The notes under the pieces: generated by a model
What the model saw: only the letters and a program-made list of their open reading frames with translations
Databases searched by the model: none
What the model was told of the DNA's origin: nothing
Shown here: piece after piece, positions 47,375-55,166 of the stretch
How the letters are laid out: each line of letters opens with the position of its first letter
Position numbering within the stretch: position 1 is the first letter of the stretch
Program-made: the position numbers and the translations under genes
NCBI GenBank assembly: GCA_050303335.1
Contig: JBNLBN010000001.1
Span: forward strand, 42,239-106,238
Direction of reading: 5' to 3'
DNA length: 64,000 bases
Origin: Candidatus Micrarchaeia archaeon
GTDB taxonomy: Archaea; Micrarchaeota; Micrarchaeia; Anstonellales; Bilamarchaeaceae

Positions 47375-48163
47375 ATGAGCGCGCTCGTAGATGAAATGCT
47401 AAAAACCCTAGAAATCCGACCAGTCGCAGAATTACTCCCGCACGAAGAAACTATCCCCTTCAACATCCGAAGGCTCAAGGAAGGGATGCTGAATCTCGGC
47501 CAGATAGTCGATCCGATAATCGCTGACAAGGAAACAGGTCTTGTAATAGACGGCAATCACAGGCACAAGGTACTTGAGATGATCGAATGCCCTCTTGCCG
47601 TCGTCCAGGTTGTGGACTACAAGAGCGACGAAGTGACGCTTGGCACATGGTATCCTGTCTGCTCGCTCAGCCCGTCCGAAATATTCAACCTGGATTCCAT
47701 AAGGCATGAAAAAGTTGATTATGAGGAAGGCAAAGCCGCTGTTGATAATCTTAAGGCTCCTTTCATGATCGTCTCGAAAGACGAATGCCACCTTCTCAAT
47801 CCAGGGAAATACGATATGAAGGGTATGATAAAGGAGCAGGTCTACATATTCTCGCTTCTGAAAAAATCCACGCTGGATTTCGTCGCGGATCTTGAAGAAG
47901 ATGTCGCTGCAGGAAACACCGTCTTTTACAGGAGGGCATATACGAAGGAGGAAGTCCTCAGCGCAGCGAAGGAAAAATTCCTTTTCCCGCCGAAATCAAC
48001 GAGGCACCTGGTTCCCGGTAGGATCATCCGGCTAAATATGAGGCTTGGGTGGCTCCACAGGTCGAAGGAATATGCAGAAGAGGAAATGAAAAGGAACCTC
48101 AGGAACAGGGTGTATAGTGGAAATGTCCGCAAATACTATGAACCCGTCTATGTCATCTACTAG
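47375..48163 (+). CDS. ParB/Srx-fold protein, SerK/SbnI-like free serine kinase
   Basis: LLPHE, IDGNHR, DY...V..GTWYP, F.R.A.TKEEV, FPPKSTRH match SerK-family motifs as recalled. Confidence 0.78.
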   Translation: MSALVDEMLKTLEIRPVAELLPHEETIPFNIRRLKEGMLNLGQIVDPIIADKETGLVIDGNHRHKVLEMIECPLAVVQVVDYKSDEVTLGTWYPVCSLSPSEIFNLDSIRHEKVDYEEGKAAVDNLKAPFMIVSKDECHLLNPGKYDMKGMIKEQVYIFSLLKKSTLDFVADLEEDVAAGNTVFYRRAYTKEEVLSAAKEKFLFPPKSTRHLVPGRIIRLNMRLGWLHRSKEYAEEEMKRNLRNRVYSGNVRKYYEPVYVIY

Positions 48164-48450
48164 TTCCTGAATGGATCGAAGATCGTATTATTGATAAAAT
48201 CCTCGCGCTCGACCTTGGGGTTCCGCATCGCCTCATTGATCGCTTCCGGCCTGAATCCGACTATTATGTTCCCCTTGACATCAAGCACAGGAACGCCCCT
48301 CTGGCCGCTTTTCTTGATCATCTCGATTGCCTTTTCCCTGTCTGCTGATACGTCGTGGTCGACAAACTCTATCTTGTTGTTGTTCAGGTATTCCTTTGCC
48401 ATCGAGCAGAAAGGGCACGACGGCGTGCTGTAAACTATTACATCTGCCAT
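48160..48450 (-). CDS. Glutaredoxin/NrdH-like redoxin
   Basis: YSTPSCPFC, SGQRGVPV, IVGF. Confidence 0.92.
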   Translation of the reverse strand: MADVIVYSTPSCPFCSMAKEYLNNNKIEFVDHDVSADREKAIEMIKKSGQRGVPVLDVKGNIIVGFRPEAINEAMRNPKVEREDFINNTIFDPFRN

Positions 48451-48456
48451 TTAATT

Positions 48457-48534
48457 CACCTGTGCATACATATTGCACAAATGCTTTTTAAAAAGAACGG
48501 ACTAATGTATTTCCAGAACCAATATGCACAGGTG
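48457..48534. promoter_or_regulatory. Divergent promoter region with TGTGCA-N7-TGCACA operator and mirrored 12-bp ends
   Basis: TGTGCA 48461-48466 and TGCACA 48474-48479; CACCTGTGCATA (48457) is the reverse complement of TATGCACAGGTG (48523). Confidence 0.6.
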
Positions 48535-48539
48535 CAATC

Positions 48540-48884
48540 ATGCTTGATCTTTCATGCGTCGACCTTTCGGTATCGGACCTTCTGAAATGCTCCTTCGGGC
48601 TCAGCCAGCTCGAACTGGAAGTGCTCACGGCACTGCTTGAAACGGATGGTATGACCGGCGTCTCTGAACTGTCAGACAAAATGGATCGCGACCGGTCCGT
48701 AGTCCAGAGGGGGCTGAGTTCGCTGATGGAAAAGTCGCTTGTGAGGCGCGAGCAGTCGAACAAGGATGGCGGCGGATATCTCTACCTTTACTGTGCAAAC
48801 GGCAAGAAGAAGATAAAGAAATCGATACTGGAAAAAAGCCGGTCCTTCTGCTCCCTTGTGAAGGAGACCGTTAATCGCTGGTAA
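48540..48884 (+). CDS. TrmB-like winged-helix transcriptional regulator
   Basis: KCSFGLSQLE, DRDRSVVQRGL..L, GGYLYLY. Confidence 0.85.
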   Translation: MLDLSCVDLSVSDLLKCSFGLSQLELEVLTALLETDGMTGVSELSDKMDRDRSVVQRGLSSLMEKSLVRREQSNKDGGGYLYLYCANGKKKIKKSILEKSRSFCSLVKETVNRW

Positions 48885-48911
48885 TTTATTATTTACATCC
48901 CAAATATCCTT

Positions 48912-49976
48912 ATGACAATACTGCTTACCCCAGGCCCAGTGCCTCTGATGGATGAAATAAGCAATGCTCAGACAAAGCCCATGATCACGCACCGATCGAA
49001 GGAAATGACCGAGCTCTATTCCGACCTCGTAACCAGGCTGAACAGGTACCTTGGAAGCGAGGAAGCATATGTACTTACCGGATCAGGTGCTCTCGGCATC
49101 GAGACGCTGGTGCTGAACCTGGTCGAGAAGGACGAGAGGGTGCTCTGCCTTCCAAACGGTGATTTCGGATCAAAGCAGGCGCTCACAGTGAATGTTTATG
49201 CCAATGCTGTCGAACATAAGCTTGAGGACGGTAAAGGGTGGAATCTCGAGAGGGCAAAGGATCACATAGATTCGAGCGGCGCAGATGCCCTTGCCATGGT
49301 TTACAATGAAACAAGCCTTGGCATAAAAAATGACATAAAGGATATCTGCAAGTATGCAAAATCCAAGGGGATGATGACGATAATAGACGGCATATCTGCC
49401 TGGCCAGGAACCGAGATGAACCTTGATGAATTCGGTGTCGATGCTTTTGTTACTGGATCGCAGAAATGCCCTGGTGCTCCTCCGGGAATGGCTCTGATGG
49501 GCCTCTCAGGGAATGCTGTCAGGAAATACAGCGGAAGGGAATCCATTCCGAGCTATTACTGCGATCTAAGGCGCCACAAGAAACGATACGAAAAAGACCG
49601 GCAGACGCCAAACACCCCCGGAATCACGCTGTTCTGGGCGCTCCAGAAGGCCTTCGATATTATCGACGAGAAAGGGGGCCCTGTTGCAGCTGCGAGAAGG
49701 CATGAAGCTGCAGCAGCATACGTAAGGAAAAGGCTTGTTGAGATGGGCCTCGGCCTGATTGCCGAGAAGGGATTCGAATCCAACACTGTTACCGGCTTCA
49801 CAACAGAACTGCAGGCATCAGAGGTAAGGAAAAAGCTTAAAGAAGATTACGGCGTTGAAATTGTAGGAGCAAGAGGCGCATTCAAGGAAAAGGGATTAAG
49901 GATCGCCCACATGGGCAACTTCAATATGGATGAGATTGACCTGGCACTGGATGCGATTTCGAAAATCATTAAATAA
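48912..49976 (+). CDS. Class V PLP aminotransferase (serine-pyruvate/phosphoserine aminotransferase-like)
   Basis: LLTPGP, HRS, NETS.G, DGIS, TGSQK (PLP lysine), PPG, TPNTP, RIAHMG. Confidence 0.92.
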   Translation: MTILLTPGPVPLMDEISNAQTKPMITHRSKEMTELYSDLVTRLNRYLGSEEAYVLTGSGALGIETLVLNLVEKDERVLCLPNGDFGSKQALTVNVYANAVEHKLEDGKGWNLERAKDHIDSSGADALAMVYNETSLGIKNDIKDICKYAKSKGMMTIIDGISAWPGTEMNLDEFGVDAFVTGSQKCPGAPPGMALMGLSGNAVRKYSGRESIPSYYCDLRRHKKRYEKDRQTPNTPGITLFWALQKAFDIIDEKGGPVAAARRHEAAAAYVRKRLVEMGLGLIAEKGFESNTVTGFTTELQASEVRKKLKEDYGVEIVGARGAFKEKGLRIAHMGNFNMDEIDLALDAISKIIK

Positions 49977-50006
49977 ATTAAGGTAAATATCCATGGGGTA
50001 TATTTG

Positions 50007-51119
50007 ATGCAGGAGGAGCACGTTAATCTGAACAAACTGGTTTCACTTACTTTTGACGAGGATCCAGAAGTCCGAAAGGAAGCTGCAAGGTCGCTTGCAA
50101 AAACAGGGGATCCGGCGGCACTTTTCGCGTTGGTTGAACTCAGCTATGACAAGGAACCCTCAGTCAGGGAAGTGGCAAAGGACCTGCTTGCAAACAAGAA
50201 GGAGGACGAGCAGGACGTGATGTCCTTTGCAGAACTCTTTTCACGCGGAGAGAAGAAGGAGCCTAAATCAAGGAAGGAGAAGGTTCTCGATCCCATCACG
50301 CAGATTTTCGAACGCCGGCTTGGAAAGGAAAAGGCAGACATAGTCAAGCAGAAGATGATGCCTTCTATCGAGAAGATGTACCAGAAGGCACAGCAGACCC
50401 ACAAGAAGGAAGGTGAACGCAAGGTGATGCAGGAATTCCTTACGAACTATCTTGAGGTTATTTCAGACCTCGACCAGGTGGGAAGCCACGGCGAGATCCT
50501 GGAGTCGGCTTCTGTCGAAGTGACCCTGCCACAGGCAGAGATTACTGGACTGGACGAAGTTGGATCAAACGAACAGCTCGACCAGATATCAACCGAGATC
50601 GCAACGCTCGAGACCGAAAAAATAGAAGAGATAAAGGAGGAGAACGAGATCGAGATTCTTCCGGACACTTTCTTCAAGAAGGCGTATGAAGTGATGATGC
50701 TCTCCGGCGGCGACGACCAGGTCATGAGAAAGGAAATGGGCAGGATGATCGATGACGCCAAGCGCGAAATCACGCTTGCATTCAACCTGGCAAAGAAAAA
50801 ATTCAAGGAAACGAAAATAACCGACATCACCAAGATCAAGGACCGGATGAGGAACATCAACACCGATCCGCTTATCGTACTTTCCGTAGAGAGCAAGGAA
50901 TACCAGAAGAGCAAGAAAGTGAATGCATTCTACACGAGGATCGTGGTAAATGATGAGGAAGGAAACGAGGGTGTCATATACCTCTTTGACGACCGCGGAA
51001 TAAACATCAGGCAGGGCATGAAGATCAAGATCGAGCGTGCACTTGCAAAGACATTCAAGTTCTCGAACGAGACTGCCCTGACACTTGGAAAAAAGAGCAA
51101 TATTTATATTGTTTTGTGA
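50007..51119 (+). CDS. HEAT-repeat + acidic helical + C-terminal SSB-like OB-fold protein
   Basis: N-terminal DEDPEVRKEAA..L and DKEPSVREVA; C-terminal RIVVNDEEG...IYLFDD...IRQGMKIKIERA...LTLGKKS. Confidence 0.7.
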   Translation: MQEEHVNLNKLVSLTFDEDPEVRKEAARSLAKTGDPAALFALVELSYDKEPSVREVAKDLLANKKEDEQDVMSFAELFSRGEKKEPKSRKEKVLDPITQIFERRLGKEKADIVKQKMMPSIEKMYQKAQQTHKKEGERKVMQEFLTNYLEVISDLDQVGSHGEILESASVEVTLPQAEITGLDEVGSNEQLDQISTEIATLETEKIEEIKEENEIEILPDTFFKKAYEVMMLSGGDDQVMRKEMGRMIDDAKREITLAFNLAKKKFKETKITDITKIKDRMRNINTDPLIVLSVESKEYQKSKKVNAFYTRIVVNDEEGNEGVIYLFDDRGINIRQGMKIKIERALAKTFKFSNETALTLGKKSNIYIVL

Positions 51120-51132
51120 GTGTTATTTTTTC

Positions 51133-51300
51133 ATGGATCTTACCAAGTATGAAATTGCACGTATAATCGGAGCCAGGGCCCTCCAGCTTTCAATGGGCGC
51201 TCCCCCGCTTATAAAAGTGAAAGACGGATCAAAAACCTTCATCCAGGTTGCAGAAGAAGAACTCGAAAAGAAGACTATTCCTTTAGTTGTCGTCCACTAG
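51133..51300 (+). CDS. rpoK: DNA-directed RNA polymerase subunit K (Rpo6)
   Basis: LTKYEIARIIGARALQLSMGAP. Confidence 0.95.
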   Translation: MDLTKYEIARIIGARALQLSMGAPPLIKVKDGSKTFIQVAEEELEKKTIPLVVVH

Positions 51301-51885
51301 GCCGACTTCAAAACCCTCGCCCTCTATCTTGAGGAGGATTCTTTTTTCAACATCCACCCAGTCGTATTCATAGGTGCCGTCGGTGGAGTTTATGGCAACC
51401 TTGTAGGCCCTCCTTCCATTAACGTCCTCTGTCCCAACCACCCTGTAGCTGTTGTCTGCTATGTGGCGCATGACCCCGTCAAAGTTGAGATACATCGAAT
51501 TCTTCCAGCTCCAGTTTTCCTCAAGCGCCAGCATCCAGGGCTTGAATAGGATGAAAGAAGGGTCCTCGAAGCTCGAATTCGATTTCGTTTTGTCCATCCC
51601 CCATTTATCAAGGCAGATGCTCGTTTTGTTCACGCTTTCAGAAATGAAAATGACCGTACAATCCCTCTGCAAGGCAACGTAAGTGATGTTGACGACCGTA
51701 TTGTTCACATAGTACTTGTATTCGTACACGTCGCCGTCCGATATCTGCAGCATTGTGTTCTTGTGAAGCGGTTCTTCAACGAAGGCGAGCGAGGGATCCT
51801 CGAACCCTGGCCTGATAAACATGAGGCCTAGGACTATGATCGCAAGAAACGCCAATACGGTGATTGCAAGGATGCTGATCTTCAT
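51283..51885 (-). CDS. Membrane-anchored hypothetical protein
   Basis: N-terminal TM; C-terminal VVGTEDVNGRRAYKV...WVDVEKRILLK beta pattern. Confidence 0.7.
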   Translation of the reverse strand: MKISILAITVLAFLAIIVLGLMFIRPGFEDPSLAFVEEPLHKNTMLQISDGDVYEYKYYVNNTVVNITYVALQRDCTVIFISESVNKTSICLDKWGMDKTKSNSSFEDPSFILFKPWMLALEENWSWKNSMYLNFDGVMRHIADNSYRVVGTEDVNGRRAYKVAINSTDGTYEYDWVDVEKRILLKIEGEGFEVGLVDDN

Positions 51886-51910
51886 GATAGTATTACCCGT
51901 CCGGATTTTA

Positions 51911-52426
51911 TTACTGGTCCCTTGCAATGTCCCCGAATTTCCTGTAGGGCTTCGTTGTCCTGCTGTCCATCCTCTGGAATACGACCTGGGATATCCTCAT
52001 CCCGGAATAGAGCTTCACGGAAAAAGGTGCCAGGTTAGCAATCTCAAGGACCTGGTGGTTGGAAGATCCGGGCTGGACAAGAGCGCTTGTCATATGGATT
52101 ATTAGGCCCATTCTCGCATAGCGCGAACGCCCCTCCAGCTTTCCCATTATGTCCGGCGGGATGCTTATCTTCTCCTCCGTCTTTGCAAGGCACATCTGTC
52201 CGGGCCTCAGAATGATTGATTTGGCCTTCTTGGTATCGAACGCTTCCTGGAACGGGAGCTTTTTCAGATCCACCGTCTTTATCTTGAGCCTGGGCTTGAA
52301 GAACTGCCATTCATCCGAAAGGGTTAGGTCGACTGATGCCGGTCCGATCTGCTCGTCCTTGAGGGGCTTTATCTCGATCTTCTTTTCCTTGATCATCTTT
52401 TTTATATCCGAATTTGAAAGAATCAT
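51911..52426 (-). CDS. dcd: dCTP deaminase
   Basis: MILS, PASVDLTL, GRSRYARMGL, LEIAN, RISQ. Confidence 0.92.
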   Translation of the reverse strand: MILSNSDIKKMIKEKKIEIKPLKDEQIGPASVDLTLSDEWQFFKPRLKIKTVDLKKLPFQEAFDTKKAKSIILRPGQMCLAKTEEKISIPPDIMGKLEGRSRYARMGLIIHMTSALVQPGSSNHQVLEIANLAPFSVKLYSGMRISQVVFQRMDSRTTKPYRKFGDIARDQ

Positions 52427-52487
52427 GCATTTTTCTTTCCGTTTGTTTATAAAACTCTATTTAAACATTTCCACATAAATTATCACC

Positions 52488-52853
52488 ATGAGGTTTACCC
52501 AGAGAGCACTAGCAATAGGTCTTTGCACAGTAGCGTTTGCAGGATGCGGAAAAAAGGAATTACCCCGACAAACGCCATTGGCCGAGAACCACTGCAGAGA
52601 ATCGTACGAGGAATTATCAGGAAAGCTCCGAAAAATCACGCCGCAGGACATTACTTTCCCTGGAACGATTGAGCTTGATGTAAAGGTCGACAAGAAGGGC
52701 AACACCTCTATTGAATCAACTAGGACAATCTGCAGGAGCATCGAATGCGAGACATCCCGTGTACCTGACCTTTCGATCATTTATGAAAGAGCAAAGGAAA
52801 TCAAGTTCCCTCCGCAGAAAAAGGACTGTACCATACTAGTAAAAATACATTAA
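52488..52853 (+). CDS. Putative lipoprotein with TonB C-terminal-like domain
   Basis: FAGC lipobox; G.I.L...VDKKG.....C......K.IKFPP pattern. Confidence 0.55.
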   Translation: MRFTQRALAIGLCTVAFAGCGKKELPRQTPLAENHCRESYEELSGKLRKITPQDITFPGTIELDVKVDKKGNTSIESTRTICRSIECETSRVPDLSIIYERAKEIKFPPQKKDCTILVKIH

Positions 52854-52867
52854 CACTAATTTTTTCC

Positions 52868-53791
52868 ATGGACAAGCTGGTGCACCTTGCAAAAAAAATA
52901 AGGATCAACAATGATTACCTTATGGAGCAGGCAAGGTCGATGCGAGATCTTGCAGTCCCCGTTTCAGGAGTTCCGCTTGATCTCTCAGTCTGCGCCGTAG
53001 ACGGAGGATTGCTTACACACAGGATGCACGGAATTGATATCGCTGTGAGCAGGTCCGTCGGGGTCAACCTTGTATATAGGGATTCATCGATAGTTGAACA
53101 TAACTATCATCCGACAAAGAATCCCCGCCCTGATATCGATGTAAAAAGCGCCCTGGATGACCATGAAGCCAACACCTTCAAGTCTCTCGTGCGCCTGAAA
53201 TCAGAAATCACATGCGCAATCGAGACGCTTGAAAAATTCAATCCGGACCTTTTATTGCTGGACGGTTCGCTTCTTCCGGTACCAGGAGATGTCCCGTCAA
53301 GGGAAAGCGAGCTCCATCCTCTTTATACCGACATTCTCGGCCTCTATGAGAGGCTTTTCTCATCAGGAAAAAACATTGCGGGCGTGATCAAGGATACACG
53401 TGCAAAAAGGCTTTCATCCCTCAAGTGCTCCGATTCAGTCCTTTCATCCTACCTCCTCAATGTCAATGAAAGGACGAAGGAAATCGACTATTTCGGGGAG
53501 ATCGCAAACAAGGAACTCTCAAGCCTTGGAAAGAAGATAAAGGTAACCTACATGAAACCCTCGCAGGAGGACCTGCCGCTTCGAGTCGAAATTTTTGGTG
53601 ATGTTGAAAAAATATCATCACAGGTCTATACATTATCGGCGATAAGCAGTCATTTCGCCTATCCCGCGATCCTTGTCGAAGCAGACATGTGCGCGGCGCT
53701 CGATCCAATAGAGATGGAATCAGTAGAACTCTCGCTTTCAAGGCTTGCAGGGATCAAGCCGCTAAGAAGGAATTTCAGGCCATTCAGATAG
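52868..53791 (+). CDS. nurA: NurA nuclease
   Basis: AVDGG, LLDGSL, GVIKD, YP..L.EAD..A. Confidence 0.88.
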   Translation: MDKLVHLAKKIRINNDYLMEQARSMRDLAVPVSGVPLDLSVCAVDGGLLTHRMHGIDIAVSRSVGVNLVYRDSSIVEHNYHPTKNPRPDIDVKSALDDHEANTFKSLVRLKSEITCAIETLEKFNPDLLLLDGSLLPVPGDVPSRESELHPLYTDILGLYERLFSSGKNIAGVIKDTRAKRLSSLKCSDSVLSSYLLNVNERTKEIDYFGEIANKELSSLGKKIKVTYMKPSQEDLPLRVEIFGDVEKISSQVYTLSAISSHFAYPAILVEADMCAALDPIEMESVELSLSRLAGIKPLRRNFRPFR

Positions 53792-54910
53792 ATCCTTCAG
53801 CCTTTGCCTGTATTTGTGGTAGTTGTCCCATTCAAGGTCATACTGGAACAGGTCATTTTCTGTAATGATGAATTTTATCGAGTAATAGAATTCGCAGTCA
53901 TCATAGCACATGGAGAATTCCTTTCCGATCGATCCAACGTATTTTCCGTCCTGCGGCTCAACAAGCTTCGATCCGTTGAAATCTCCAACAATCTCATTTT
54001 CGATCCTGTTCTTTGTGAACATCACCACGCAATGCCCGAGTAGGAGCGACCCGCTTCTGTCATAATAATAGCAGACGGGATAAACGTTCAGTTCATCCAG
54101 TTTTCCAATTTCCACGGCATCCGCATTCTCATAGTACCATACCTGCGAATTATCCTGGTAAACATCGAATATTCCGCTCCCGTCATCAAAAGCGACAAGT
54201 TCGTATCCCTTTTCCTTCAGGCTGTTCATGAGCGCAGTGAAAAACAAGGAATAGTCTTCGCAGTCTCCTCCCTTCCGCTCGATTATCTCCTCGTTGGAAT
54301 AAAGCCTGTCATCGAAATCTGATTTGTAAGTAATCCCAAGTTCCTCTTCCATCATGAAAGAGACGCATGCGAGATTCAGCTTCTTTCCGTCAGTGCACCT
54401 CCTTTCCACGATGCTCTTGAACCTGTCGGCCTGGTATAAATCAGGCAGCCTCGAATTGTCGTTGAACCACTGGATTGAGCTGTTTATCCTTTCCTCAAGA
54501 GCCCTCGCATCCTCCCTTATCTCCTCGATTTTTTCTTCAGTCAATACAAGGCTGCTTTCTGCCTGTGCAAGTTTCTCCTCGCTTTCGGAAAGATCCTCTT
54601 CCAAGTCGCGGATTTTCGAGTTTTTTTCCTGCAAGGTTGAGTTCAAATCTTGAATCTGCGAATCCTTCACAGCAATTTTTTGCTGCTGCTCCGTGATTTT
54701 CATCCCAAGATTACTGATGGCATCCTGCAGCTCATCCAACTTTTTGTCCTGCTCAAGATTTTCTGCCCGAAGGTCATCGTTTTCATTCAACAAAATAACT
54801 ATTGCGGATCCAAGAACAGCAAAGCCTGTTATCATGGCAAGAACCGCCGCTACAATAGCTATTTTCACAAAAAAAAATCCAGAAGAAAATTGATAAACCG
54901 ATCTGTCCAT
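53762..54910 (-). CDS. Membrane-anchored coiled-coil protein with C-terminal transglutaminase-like (papain-fold) domain
   Basis: N-terminal TM, ~100-aa coiled coil, GGDCEDYS, GHCVV, EPQ. True start may be GTG 54868. Confidence 0.78.
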   Translation of the reverse strand: MDRSVYQFSSGFFFVKIAIVAAVLAMITGFAVLGSAIVILLNENDDLRAENLEQDKKLDELQDAISNLGMKITEQQQKIAVKDSQIQDLNSTLQEKNSKIRDLEEDLSESEEKLAQAESSLVLTEEKIEEIREDARALEERINSSIQWFNDNSRLPDLYQADRFKSIVERRCTDGKKLNLACVSFMMEEELGITYKSDFDDRLYSNEEIIERKGGDCEDYSLFFTALMNSLKEKGYELVAFDDGSGIFDVYQDNSQVWYYENADAVEIGKLDELNVYPVCYYYDRSGSLLLGHCVVMFTKNRIENEIVGDFNGSKLVEPQDGKYVGSIGKEFSMCYDDCEFYYSIKFIITENDLFQYDLEWDNYHKYRQRLKDLSEWPEIPS

Positions 54911-54918
54911 TATCTTTT

Positions 54919-55166
54919 TAGGTGAGGGGCAGGTGACCCACGGTAAAACTGAGGAAGTTCTGCCCTCCGTGAGGATACTGTAGCTTTAAGGGCTATATGA
55001 AGCAGTACAGAAACGATACGAACCATGTTCGATGAAACGAGTGTTTCCCTATCCGATGACGGAGCAAGGAGATTGTCTCCGCTTAGTCAAAAGTTTTTTC
55101 TGGCAAAATTTGCCAGCAAAGCTGACAATGTCACTAAAACAGAAGGCAGGCTATGTCCCTCACCTA
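54919..55166 (+). ncRNA. rnpB: RNase P RNA, compact and type M-like
   Basis: P1 TAGGTGAGGGGCA/TGTCCCTCACCTA; CR-I GAGGAAGTTCTGCC; CR-II ACAGAAAC; CR-III TGAAAC; GAGCAAG; CR-V ACAGAAGGCAGGCTAT; P2 GGTGAC/GTCACT. Confidence 0.93.
55092..55128 (+). other. Putative 37-nt BHB/BHL-type intron in RNase P RNA
   Basis: GTCA(AA^A)GTTTT...AAAGC-TGAC(AA^T); excision gives GCTTAGTCAAATGTCACT. Confidence 0.7.

Noticed and set aside
47245..47556. 103-aa minus-strand ORF and the 47312 start of the ParB-fold ORF
   Set aside because: Both overlap the tRNA-Gly gene.
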